Position numbers and translations under genes: made by a program. Positions 1 to 6,747 of a stretch of 12,719 nt of DNA are shown here, in pieces (position 1 is the stretch's first letter; each line of letters opens with the position of its first letter). Source of the stretch: Candidatus Heimdallarchaeota archaeon (GTDB lineage Archaea; Asgardarchaeota; Heimdallarchaeia; Heimdallarchaeales; Heimdallarchaeaceae); assembly GCA_016839945.1 (NCBI GenBank), contig JAEOTE010000028.1:1-12719 (forward strand), written 5' to 3'. A model generated the notes under the pieces. The model saw only the letters and a list, made by a program, of their open reading frames with translations, made no database searches and was not told the DNA's origin.

Positions 1-1625
1 CAATTAGATATCGAACTATTCCCTGCAAAATTTTCAGCAACAATAACATAGTAGTAGAATCCTCCAGAAGATAATGTATCAATATATTCACTTAAGGATA
101 CTGTAGCAATTGGGATGAGTCCTTTAATTAACCAGATGTAAGAAGTTGAACGGTAAACATGGTAAGTAGCAATTCTAAACATATCATTCCAGTCTAGATT
201 TACAGTATCCATTTCAGTTGGATTAAGTGTAATGAATGCTAGTTCAGGAGCAACAGAAGGACCTCCCAAAAGTTTGTAAAAAATATCCACATCAGTTCCA
301 CTACCAGCATAATCAGTATAATCTTGCCAAGCTACATGAACATTCCCGGCAGAATCCACTGCAAGAGAAGGAGTAACCGAAAGACCTGCACTTTCTGTGG
401 AAACGACTTCTGTGATGGTCCATGAAGAGGAAAATGAGTCCCGGTTTTTATAGAAAATATCAAATTCTGTTCCAGCTCCAACATAATCAGTTAAATCCCA
501 CCATGCTAAATACACATTTCCTGCAGTATCAACAGCAAGAGAAGGAAGCCAAGAAATTTCTGTACTTTCTGTGGAAACGACTTCAGTAATTGTCCAAGAA
601 GAGGTATAAGCGTACCAGTATTTGTAGAAAATATCATCATCAGTTCCTGCACCAGCATAATCAGTATCATCTACCCAAGCTACATGGACATTACCAGCAG
701 AATCTACAGCAAGAGAAGGAGATTCAGAATTTCCTGTACTTTCTGTGGAAACGACTTCAGTAATTGTCCAAGAAGAGGAGGAGGAGTCCCAGTATTTGTA
801 GAAAATATCATCATCAGTTCCTGCACCAGCATAATCAGTTCCATCTTGCCATGCTAAATGCACATTCTCTGTAGAATCTACAGCAAGAGAAGGACTCCAA
901 GAAAAATATGTACTTCCTGTGAAAACAACTTCTGTCGTGGTCCAAGAGGAGGATGATGTGTTCCAGCGTTTGTAGAAAATATCTGTATATGGTCCTGCAC
1001 CACCATAATCAGTATCATCTTCCCAAGCGATGTGCACATTACCCGTAGAATCCACAGCAAGAGAAGGAAGACCAGAAATTCCTGTACTTTCTGTGGAAAC
1101 GACTTCAGTGGTGGTCCAAGAGGAGGATGATGTGTTCCAGCGTTTGTAGAAAATATCTGTATCTGTTCCTGCTCCTGCATAATTAGTGTCATCTTCCCAA
1201 GCTATATGCACATTACCCGTAGAATCCACAACAAGAGAAGGATAATTAGAAATTCCTGCACTTTCTGTGGAAACGACTTCAGTGGTGGTCCATGAAGAAG
1301 TATAAGCGTTCCAGCGTTTGTAGAAAATATCTCCATCGGTTCCACTTCCTAAATAGTCAGTTTCATCCCACCAAGCTATATGGACATTACCAGCAGAATC
1401 GACAGCAAGAGAAGGATAATTAGAAGCACCTGAACTCTCAGTGGAAACAACTTCTGTAATATTCCATTTCCAATCCATTTGAATGGAAGAATCTAATTTG
1501 TATTGATTGTTTTTTTCCTCTACTAGAGCTTTTGTGCTAAAAGTATTAAGAGAAGAAGAATTTATTAAAAAAGAAATAATGATAACACTTAAGCTCACAA
1601 CTAAAATCTTTTTTTTCTTTTTCAT
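1..1625 (-). CDS. Secreted/surface protein: signal peptide, 7-bladed beta-propeller of 58-aa repeats, FN3-like domain (3' end outside window, >541 aa)
   Basis: Manual translation from ATG at 1625-1623 is stop-free to the window edge. N-terminus MKKKKKILVVSLSVIIISFLINSSS is a basic n-region plus hydrophobic h-region. Seven repeats with consensus WTxTEVVSTESxxxSxxPSLAVDSxGNVHxAWxDxTDYAGAGTDxDIFYK follow, then PELAFITLNPTEMDTVNLDWND..TYHVYRS..YIDTLSSGGFYYYVIVAENFAGNS (FN3-like W, YxVYRS, YYYxxxAxN pattern). Absent from the ORF track, presumably because no stop lies in the window. Confidence 0.9.
   Translation of the reverse strand, partial: MKKKKKILVVSLSVIIISFLINSSSLNTFSTKALVEEKNNQYKLDSSIQMDWKWNITEVVSTESSGASNYPSLAVDSAGNVHIAWWDETDYLGSGTDGDIFYKRWNAYTSSWTTTEVVSTESAGISNYPSLVVDSTGNVHIAWEDDTNYAGAGTDTDIFYKRWNTSSSSWTTTEVVSTESTGISGLPSLAVDSTGNVHIAWEDDTDYGGAGPYTDIFYKRWNTSSSSWTTTEVVFTGSTYFSWSPSLAVDSTENVHLAWQDGTDYAGAGTDDDIFYKYWDSSSSSWTITEVVSTESTGNSESPSLAVDSAGNVHVAWVDDTDYAGAGTDDDIFYKYWYAYTSSWTITEVVSTESTEISWLPSLAVDTAGNVYLAWWDLTDYVGAGTEFDIFYKNRDSFSSSWTITEVVSTESAGLSVTPSLAVDSAGNVHVAWQDYTDYAGSGTDVDIFYKLLGGPSVAPELAFITLNPTEMDTVNLDWNDMFRIATYHVYRSTSYIWLIKGLIPIATVSLSEYIDTLSSGGFYYYVIVAENFAGNSSISN
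273..1466 (-). repeat. Intragenic tandem repeat, 7 units with an exact 174-nt period
   Basis: The anchor gtg(g/a)aaac recurs at 397, 571, 745, 919, 1093, 1267 and 1441, each 174 nt apart. Units on the coding strand: 1466-1293, 1292-1119, 1118-945, 944-771, 770-597, 596-423, 422-273 (last unit lacks the linker). Confidence 0.97.
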
Positions 1626-1682
1626 AATATCAACTTTTTTTAGTTTTTTTCTCGCTCAAAGTAAACGAGATTTTTCAAATTG

Positions 1683-1699
1683 TTGACAATAAGTGTCAA
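1683..1699. promoter_or_regulatory. Inverted repeat TTGACA-N5-TGTCAA, putative operator in the divergent intergenic region
   Basis: Perfect 6-bp arms at 1683-1688 and 1694-1699, extending to 1679-1703 with one mismatch. Lies between the divergent starts at 1625 and 1809. Confidence 0.5.
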
Positions 1700-1725
1700 A
1701 AATAAAAGCATTTTCCCATCTTATT

Positions 1726-1746
1726 GAAAATTTCTTTTTAAAATAT
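1726..1746 (+). promoter_or_regulatory. Possible archaeal BRE/TATA promoter of the purine operon
   Basis: gaaaatttctttttaaaatat: purine run followed by TTTTAAAA about 65 nt upstream of ATG 1809. AT-rich background makes this weak. Confidence 0.3.
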
Positions 1747-1808
1747 TCATATCTTGATATTTCACTTGAAAAGACAAAATTCATATGAGAAAAGATTATT
1801 GTGAAGTC

Positions 1809-3101
1809 ATGAAAGCAATAATCAATGTAAAAATATATGATTATGAAACCTATATAGAAGATGGTTATTGTATTTATGGTAAGGAAATCATTGAAGTTGG
1901 AGAGATGAAGAATTTTCCTGAATATGATGATGAAATAATCGACGGGAAAAACAAAATCCTTCTTCCAGGTTTGATTAATTTCCACACTCATATCTATTCT
2001 ACACTTGTACGTGGAGCTTCCATTCCTTTTAATCCAAAGACCTTTAAAGATATTTTAGAGCAACTTTGGTGGAAATTTGATAGCAAGCTTGATAATACAT
2101 CTACTTTTCATAGTGCTATGGTTTATGGTTTAGAATCATTAAAGAATGGAGTAACATCTCTTATTGACCATCATGCTAGTGGGATAGATATTATTGGTAG
2201 TCTTGATGCACTCAAGAGTGCTATTGTTGATAAATTAGGTATGCGTGGGATATTCTGTTTTGAAACAAGTGATCGTTTTAATGTGGAACAATGTATTGAG
2301 GAAAACTTGGCTGGTCTAAAGTATGATTCTTCAGATGCTAAAGGTATGTTTGGTCTGCATGCTTCTATGAGTCTTTCAGAAGAAACTCTCGATAAAGTTT
2401 CTAGAGTTCTCAAAGGTGCATCAATCCATGTTCATGTTGCTGAGAGTTTAGAGGATGAAGAAGATTCTATTAACAAATATAGTAAGAGAGTTGTAAATCG
2501 ATACACTTACTATGGTTTACTAAACAAAGATTCTATTCTTGCTCATTGTGTTCACATTGACGAAGATGAAGCGAAACTAATAATTCAAAATAAAGCTGTT
2601 ATTGCTCTCAATCCAACATCAAACATGAACAATGCTGTAGGATCATTCAACATCAATCTCTTTAGAGAAAATAATATACCTATTATCATAGGAAACGATG
2701 GTTTGGGAACTAATATTGCAAAAGAATGGACTTATTTCTTCTTTGCAGGTAAAGCAGGTATCAAAGATGCAGCTGGTATAGGCTTTGATGAACTACTCAA
2801 ATACATCAATGGTTCTTATGATTACTTTGGTCGTCAAATGGGAATAAAGATAGGAAAAATCAAGGAAGGATATGTTGCTGATTTTGTACTTGTTCCTTAT
2901 ATTAATCCAACAGAAATGGATGAAACCAATGCTTTTGGTCATGTCTTCTTTGGATTATTTGATAACTTCAAACCTTCTTGTGTTATAGTTAAAGGTAAAA
3001 CTCTCATTGAAAATTATAAGAGTAATTTTGATGAGGAAGAGATATATAATAACGCTCTTAATGCTTCCAAAGCTTTATGGGAAAGGTTAGGTGATAATTA
3101 G
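1809..3101 (+). CDS. ssnA: SsnA-like metal-dependent amidohydrolase (purine-catabolism-associated aminohydrolase)
   Basis: PGLINFHTHIYSTLVRG (HxH metal motif), GVTSLIDHHAS (SsnA-type), FGLHAS, HVHVAES, LAHCVH, NPTSNMNNAVG, GND. Start at 1809 (MKAIINVKIYD, preceded by TGTGA) preferred over 1785. Confidence 0.82.
   Translation: MKAIINVKIYDYETYIEDGYCIYGKEIIEVGEMKNFPEYDDEIIDGKNKILLPGLINFHTHIYSTLVRGASIPFNPKTFKDILEQLWWKFDSKLDNTSTFHSAMVYGLESLKNGVTSLIDHHASGIDIIGSLDALKSAIVDKLGMRGIFCFETSDRFNVEQCIEENLAGLKYDSSDAKGMFGLHASMSLSEETLDKVSRVLKGASIHVHVAESLEDEEDSINKYSKRVVNRYTYYGLLNKDSILAHCVHIDEDEAKLIIQNKAVIALNPTSNMNNAVGSFNINLFRENNIPIIIGNDGLGTNIAKEWTYFFFAGKAGIKDAAGIGFDELLKYINGSYDYFGRQMGIKIGKIKEGYVADFVLVPYINPTEMDETNAFGHVFFGLFDNFKPSCVIVKGKTLIENYKSNFDEEEIYNNALNASKALWERLGDN
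3089..3095 (+). promoter_or_regulatory. Ribosome-binding site AGGTGAT for the gene starting at 3102
   Basis: AGGTGAT ends 6 nt before ATG 3102; archaeal-type Shine-Dalgarno embedded in the upstream gene end. Confidence 0.7.
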
Positions 3102-4181
3102 ATGGATCTTTCAGTAAAACTACTAGGATTAGATTTCGATAATCCGTTAGGACCTGCTGCTGGACCTCTTGTTGAAGGTCTAGAAAATATGCAATTCTTC
3201 AACAAAAATTCTTGCGGTTATAATGTTGCAAAAACCATTTCTGTAGAAGGAGCTATAGTTCCTAAACCATGTATTGCAGGAACTTCAAACACTATTTACA
3301 ATTGTGAATTATGGTCAGAGTTGCACTCTGATGTTTGGATAAATGAAATCCTTCCAACAATACACAAAGAAAAGAAAAAACCATTAGTCATTAGTGCTGG
3401 ATATAAAGAAGAAGATTTCAGATACTTAATTCCAAAGCTTGATCCTTTTGCAGATATGTTTGAGATATCCACTCACTATGTTTCAGAGGATTTACTTCCT
3501 GGTATAGTAAAAAGTATTAGAGAAAACACTAATAAACCTGTTTTTATGAAACTCAGTCCTCACATAGATGATTTTCTAGGCTTTGTAAAAACTGTTATCG
3601 ATGCTGGTGCTACAGGAATTGTAGCAATAAATTCCTTAGGTCCTAGTGCTGCAATAGATCTAAAGAATCGTTCAGTTCTTCTAGCTGAAGAAGTATGGAT
3701 AAGTGGTCCATCCATCAAACCTGTAGCTTTGCATAGAGTCTATAAAATTCGAGAAGCTTTCCCTGATATTCCAATTATTGGTGTTGGGGGTATTGGAAAA
3801 GCTGAAGATATTTTAGAGTTCATTCTTGCTGGAGCTGATCTTGTACAGATGCTTTCCTCTGCATTAATTAGAGGGAGAGACTTGTATGATAAGATAATTA
3901 CCAAGCTTCCAACTGCCCTTGAAGAGTATGGTTTTTCATCTATAGAAGAGATAAGGAAAATAAGGAAGGAGACAATTTTCAAACCTAAAGAGAAGATTGA
4001 AAATAATCCTCCTTCATTCAATGATAACTGCACCTTGTGTATGATTTGTGTAAAAATTTGTCCTGCTGGTGCATTAGAAAAAATCGATGATAAGATTGTT
4101 GTTGATAAAGAGAAATGCATAAGATGTGGTTTATGTCAATCTCGATGTCCAGTCGATGCAATTTATGGTGTGTTAACATGA
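3102..4181 (+). CDS. Dihydroorotate/dihydropyrimidine dehydrogenase-family (PreA/YgfK-like) FMN oxidoreductase with C-terminal 2x[4Fe-4S] domain
   Basis: NPLGPAAGP, AKTIS, KPCI, YNCELWSE, KPVFMKLSP, AINSL, ISGPSIKP, IIGVGGI, AGADLVQ; ferredoxin motifs CTLCMICVKICP and CIRCGLCQSRCP. The NxSCP catalytic loop is replaced by EISTHY. Confidence 0.85.
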   Translation: MDLSVKLLGLDFDNPLGPAAGPLVEGLENMQFFNKNSCGYNVAKTISVEGAIVPKPCIAGTSNTIYNCELWSELHSDVWINEILPTIHKEKKKPLVISAGYKEEDFRYLIPKLDPFADMFEISTHYVSEDLLPGIVKSIRENTNKPVFMKLSPHIDDFLGFVKTVIDAGATGIVAINSLGPSAAIDLKNRSVLLAEEVWISGPSIKPVALHRVYKIREAFPDIPIIGVGGIGKAEDILEFILAGADLVQMLSSALIRGRDLYDKIITKLPTALEEYGFSSIEEIRKIRKETIFKPKEKIENNPPSFNDNCTLCMICVKICPAGALEKIDDKIVVDKEKCIRCGLCQSRCPVDAIYGVLT

Positions 4182-5392
4182 GAAAACACATATTGAGATG
4201 TATAAGTTGTAAAAAAGAATTTGAACCAAAACCAGGTCTTTACTACTGTGAAGATTGTGGATATATATTAGGTACTTTAGAAGTTGTTTATGACTATGAT
4301 TCTATTCAAGAAGAAGCTGTTGTAAAAGAAAGGAATTTTGATAAAAAAGCATCTATGTATCAATTTGAATTTCTCTTACCTACTAAACCAAAATTAACAT
4401 TTGATAACGACATTGGTGGAACTCCTTTGTACAAATTCGATCTTTTTGGATTGAAAGATGTACAAGTAAAATATGATTGTTCTAATCCTTCCAGCTCTTA
4501 CAAAGATCGTGCTAGTTCAATAGCTATTAATAGAGCTCTTGATGAGGAGAATGATATTGCTTTTTGTGCTTCAACTGGCAATGCTGCTTCATCCTTAGCT
4601 ATGCTGAATGCTCAAACAGAAATGGACACATATATTTTCGTACCTGCAGCTATCCCGGATGGCAAAAGAGCTCAACTAGAAATATCTGGTGCTAAGGTTT
4701 TTGCAATTGAAGGAACTTATGATGAAGTATATGATTTCTCCTTAGAGTTAGGATTAAAGAAAGGTTGGTACTGTCGTCATGCAGCTATTAATCCTTACCT
4801 TCTTGAAGGGAAAAAAACTGGTGCTTTTGAAATTGTTATTCAGAATGATTTTGATGTTCCAGATTATGTTCTTGTTGGAGTAGGAGATGGAACAGTTGTG
4901 AGCTCTCTTTACAAAGGTTTCTGGGAATTCAAAGAAATAGGATTAACAGATAAGATACCAAAAATAATTGGGGTTCAAGCTGAAGGAATATCAGCTATAA
5001 AGGAAGCTTTTGAGAAAGGGAAACCTTACAAACCTATATCAATTGGAGGGAATACTATAGCAGATAGCATATCTGTAGGGAAGCCAAGAGATGTGATAAA
5101 AGCATGTAAATATGTTGAAGCAAGTGATGGGTATTTCATCTCCCTCACTGATGAAGAGATTCTAGAAGCAATTGTTGATCTAGGAAAAACAACTGGAATC
5201 TTTGCAGAACCAGCTGGAGCAGTGCCTTATGGAGGGCTGAAAAAACTTATTTACGAAGAAAAAATTACTAAATCAGATACAGTTTGTCTTGTTATTACAG
5301 GTAATGGTTTGAAGGATGTTAATGCTGTTCAAGGAAGCATTAGCAGAGAAACATTATCATTTGAAGAAGCTATGAAAAGGTTTGAAGAATGA
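4178..5392 (+). CDS. Threonine-synthase-like (fold type II) PLP-dependent enzyme with N-terminal Zn ribbon; substrate probably not O-phosphohomoserine
   Basis: CISC..CEDC ribbon, NPSSSYKDRA (PLP Lys), ASTGNAASSLA, GVGDGT, GVQAEG, TIADSISVGKP, GIFAEPAGA, ITGNGLKD. True start is most likely 4178 (ATGA overlap with upstream stop, GGTG upstream), not 4115. Confidence 0.85.
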   Translation: MRKHILRCISCKKEFEPKPGLYYCEDCGYILGTLEVVYDYDSIQEEAVVKERNFDKKASMYQFEFLLPTKPKLTFDNDIGGTPLYKFDLFGLKDVQVKYDCSNPSSSYKDRASSIAINRALDEENDIAFCASTGNAASSLAMLNAQTEMDTYIFVPAAIPDGKRAQLEISGAKVFAIEGTYDEVYDFSLELGLKKGWYCRHAAINPYLLEGKKTGAFEIVIQNDFDVPDYVLVGVGDGTVVSSLYKGFWEFKEIGLTDKIPKIIGVQAEGISAIKEAFEKGKPYKPISIGGNTIADSISVGKPRDVIKACKYVEASDGYFISLTDEEILEAIVDLGKTTGIFAEPAGAVPYGGLKKLIYEEKITKSDTVCLVITGNGLKDVNAVQGSISRETLSFEEAMKRFEE

Positions 5393-6747
5393 AATTCATA
5401 TTGAATCGTAAAATAGTAGAAACTAGTGAATCACTAGGAATACATACACTTGATTTTTTGAGAAAAATGGGACTGACAGGTCCAAAAGAAGGCTGCCATG
5501 AAGGTGACTGTGGAGCCTGTATGGTTTTAGTTGGAATTTTACAAGGAGATGAAGTGAAATATAAAGCAATGAATTCATGTATTCTTCCTTTAGGAAAAAT
5601 CGAGGGAAAGCATGTTGTTACTATTGAGGGAATCAACATAGAAGGTTTAAATCCTGTTCAGCAAGCTCTTTGTGATGAAGGTGGTGTACAGTGTGGCTAC
5701 TGCACTCCTGGATTTGTTATAGCTCTTATGTCTTATTTCATGAATGAAGATCTCAAAGATACACCTGTTATTACTGCTGTAGAAGGCAATATCTGCAGAT
5801 GTACTGGATATAACTCAATTCTTCGAGCAGCTGAAATAGCATCATCAACAATTTCTGATTTAGATGATTCTAAAGGTAGAATAAATGCATTAATTGAAGC
5901 AAATTTCTTACCTAATTATTTTTCAGAAATCCCAGAAAAAATGAAGGCAATGAAAGTTCATCCTCAATTAAAGAAAGGCACTTTTGTTGCTGGTGGAACT
6001 GATTTATTTATTAACAGACAAACAGTAGAAAATCCTGTTTTCTTATCTGAACTAGGTTTTGACAAGATTTGGTCAGATGATGATTATATATATGTAGGTT
6101 CTGCAGCTGATATAGAATCCATTCGAACATCAGATGAATTGAATGCTCTTTTCGAAACTGCTCAACATTTTTCCAGAGTTTCAACACTACCAATTAGACA
6201 ACAAGCTACTATTGGAGGTAATGTTGTTAATGCCTCTCCAATTGGTGATCTTACTATTTATTTTCTTGCTTTAGATGCAGATATTAGTCTTAAATTAAAT
6301 GGGAGTAACAGGATTATGAAACTGAAAGATTTCTTCAAAGGTTACAAAATCCTTGATTTGAAAGACGGAGAAATTTTAGAATGGTTTAGAATTAAGAAGG
6401 AGAAAAAGTTGCTATCCTTTGAAAAGGTAGCAAAAAGAATGTATATGGATATAGCTAGTGTTAATAGTGCTTTATCCTTTAAAATTGAAGATAATATCAT
6501 TAAAGATCCTCATTTATCTGGTGGTGGTCTTGCCCCTATACCTTTGTATCTAGAGAAAGCTTCTGAATATCTTCAAAATAAGAAAATCTCTTCTGAAGTA
6601 GTTAAAGAAGCAGCACGAATTGCAGACACAGAAGTTTCCCCAATTGATGACGTCAGAGGAAGTGCGAAATACAAACGTTTGCTTCTTAGACAGTTGATTT
6701 ATGCTCACTTCGTAGAACTCTTTCCAGAATTGGAGGTGTCTCTATGA
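5389..6747 (+). CDS. xdhA: Xanthine dehydrogenase small subunit (2x[2Fe-2S] + FAD)
   Basis: GPKEGCHEGDCGACMV..NSC, QCGYCTPGF, GNICRCTGY; FAD motifs AGGTD and TIGGNVVNASPIGD; C-terminal SPIDDVRGSAKYKR. ATGA overlap with the upstream gene. Confidence 0.95.
   Translation: MKFILNRKIVETSESLGIHTLDFLRKMGLTGPKEGCHEGDCGACMVLVGILQGDEVKYKAMNSCILPLGKIEGKHVVTIEGINIEGLNPVQQALCDEGGVQCGYCTPGFVIALMSYFMNEDLKDTPVITAVEGNICRCTGYNSILRAAEIASSTISDLDDSKGRINALIEANFLPNYFSEIPEKMKAMKVHPQLKKGTFVAGGTDLFINRQTVENPVFLSELGFDKIWSDDDYIYVGSAADIESIRTSDELNALFETAQHFSRVSTLPIRQQATIGGNVVNASPIGDLTIYFLALDADISLKLNGSNRIMKLKDFFKGYKILDLKDGEILEWFRIKKEKKLLSFEKVAKRMYMDIASVNSALSFKIEDNIIKDPHLSGGGLAPIPLYLEKASEYLQNKKISSEVVKEAARIADTEVSPIDDVRGSAKYKRLLLRQLIYAHFVELFPELEVSL
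6732..6738 (+). promoter_or_regulatory. Ribosome-binding site GGAGGTG for xdhB
   Basis: GGAGGTG ends 5 nt before ATG 6744. Confidence 0.75.

Noticed and set aside
901-930. Possible frameshift in repeat unit 4
   Set aside because: Spacing stays exactly 174 nt; the changes are substitutions (VVSTES to VVFTGS).
878-1192. 104-aa minus-strand ORF from the track
   Set aside because: Alternative frame inside the real repeat gene (1625..<1); its internal repeat just mirrors the 174-nt unit.
273-1466. CRISPR array or diversity-generating retroelement TR/VR pair
   Set aside because: Units are 174 nt, in frame and similar along their whole length with no unique spacers; differences are not restricted to adenines; no cas or reverse transcriptase gene is in the window.
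1609-1650. Poly-T/A tracts at the start of the propeller gene as a phase-variation switch
   Set aside because: Longest run is 8 nt, explained by Lys codons of the signal peptide in an AT-rich genome; no support without read data.
1749-1788. Short palindromes ATATC-TT-GATAT and TCATATGA
   Set aside because: Short and AT-rich; expected by chance.
1656-1991. 111-aa minus-strand ORF
   Set aside because: Antisense to ssnA and the intergenic region; Phe/Ile-rich shadow with no motifs.
4115-4177. N-terminal extension of the ThrC-like ORF
   Set aside because: Overlaps the upstream ferredoxin domain; ATG 4178 with ATGA coupling and immediate Zn ribbon is a better start.
4179-6747. TGA stops as selenocysteine or programmed read-through/frameshift fusions
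   Set aside because: Each TGA ends a complete domain and is part of an ordinary ATGA overlap with its own RBS-like motif; I saw no SECIS-like or slippery element.
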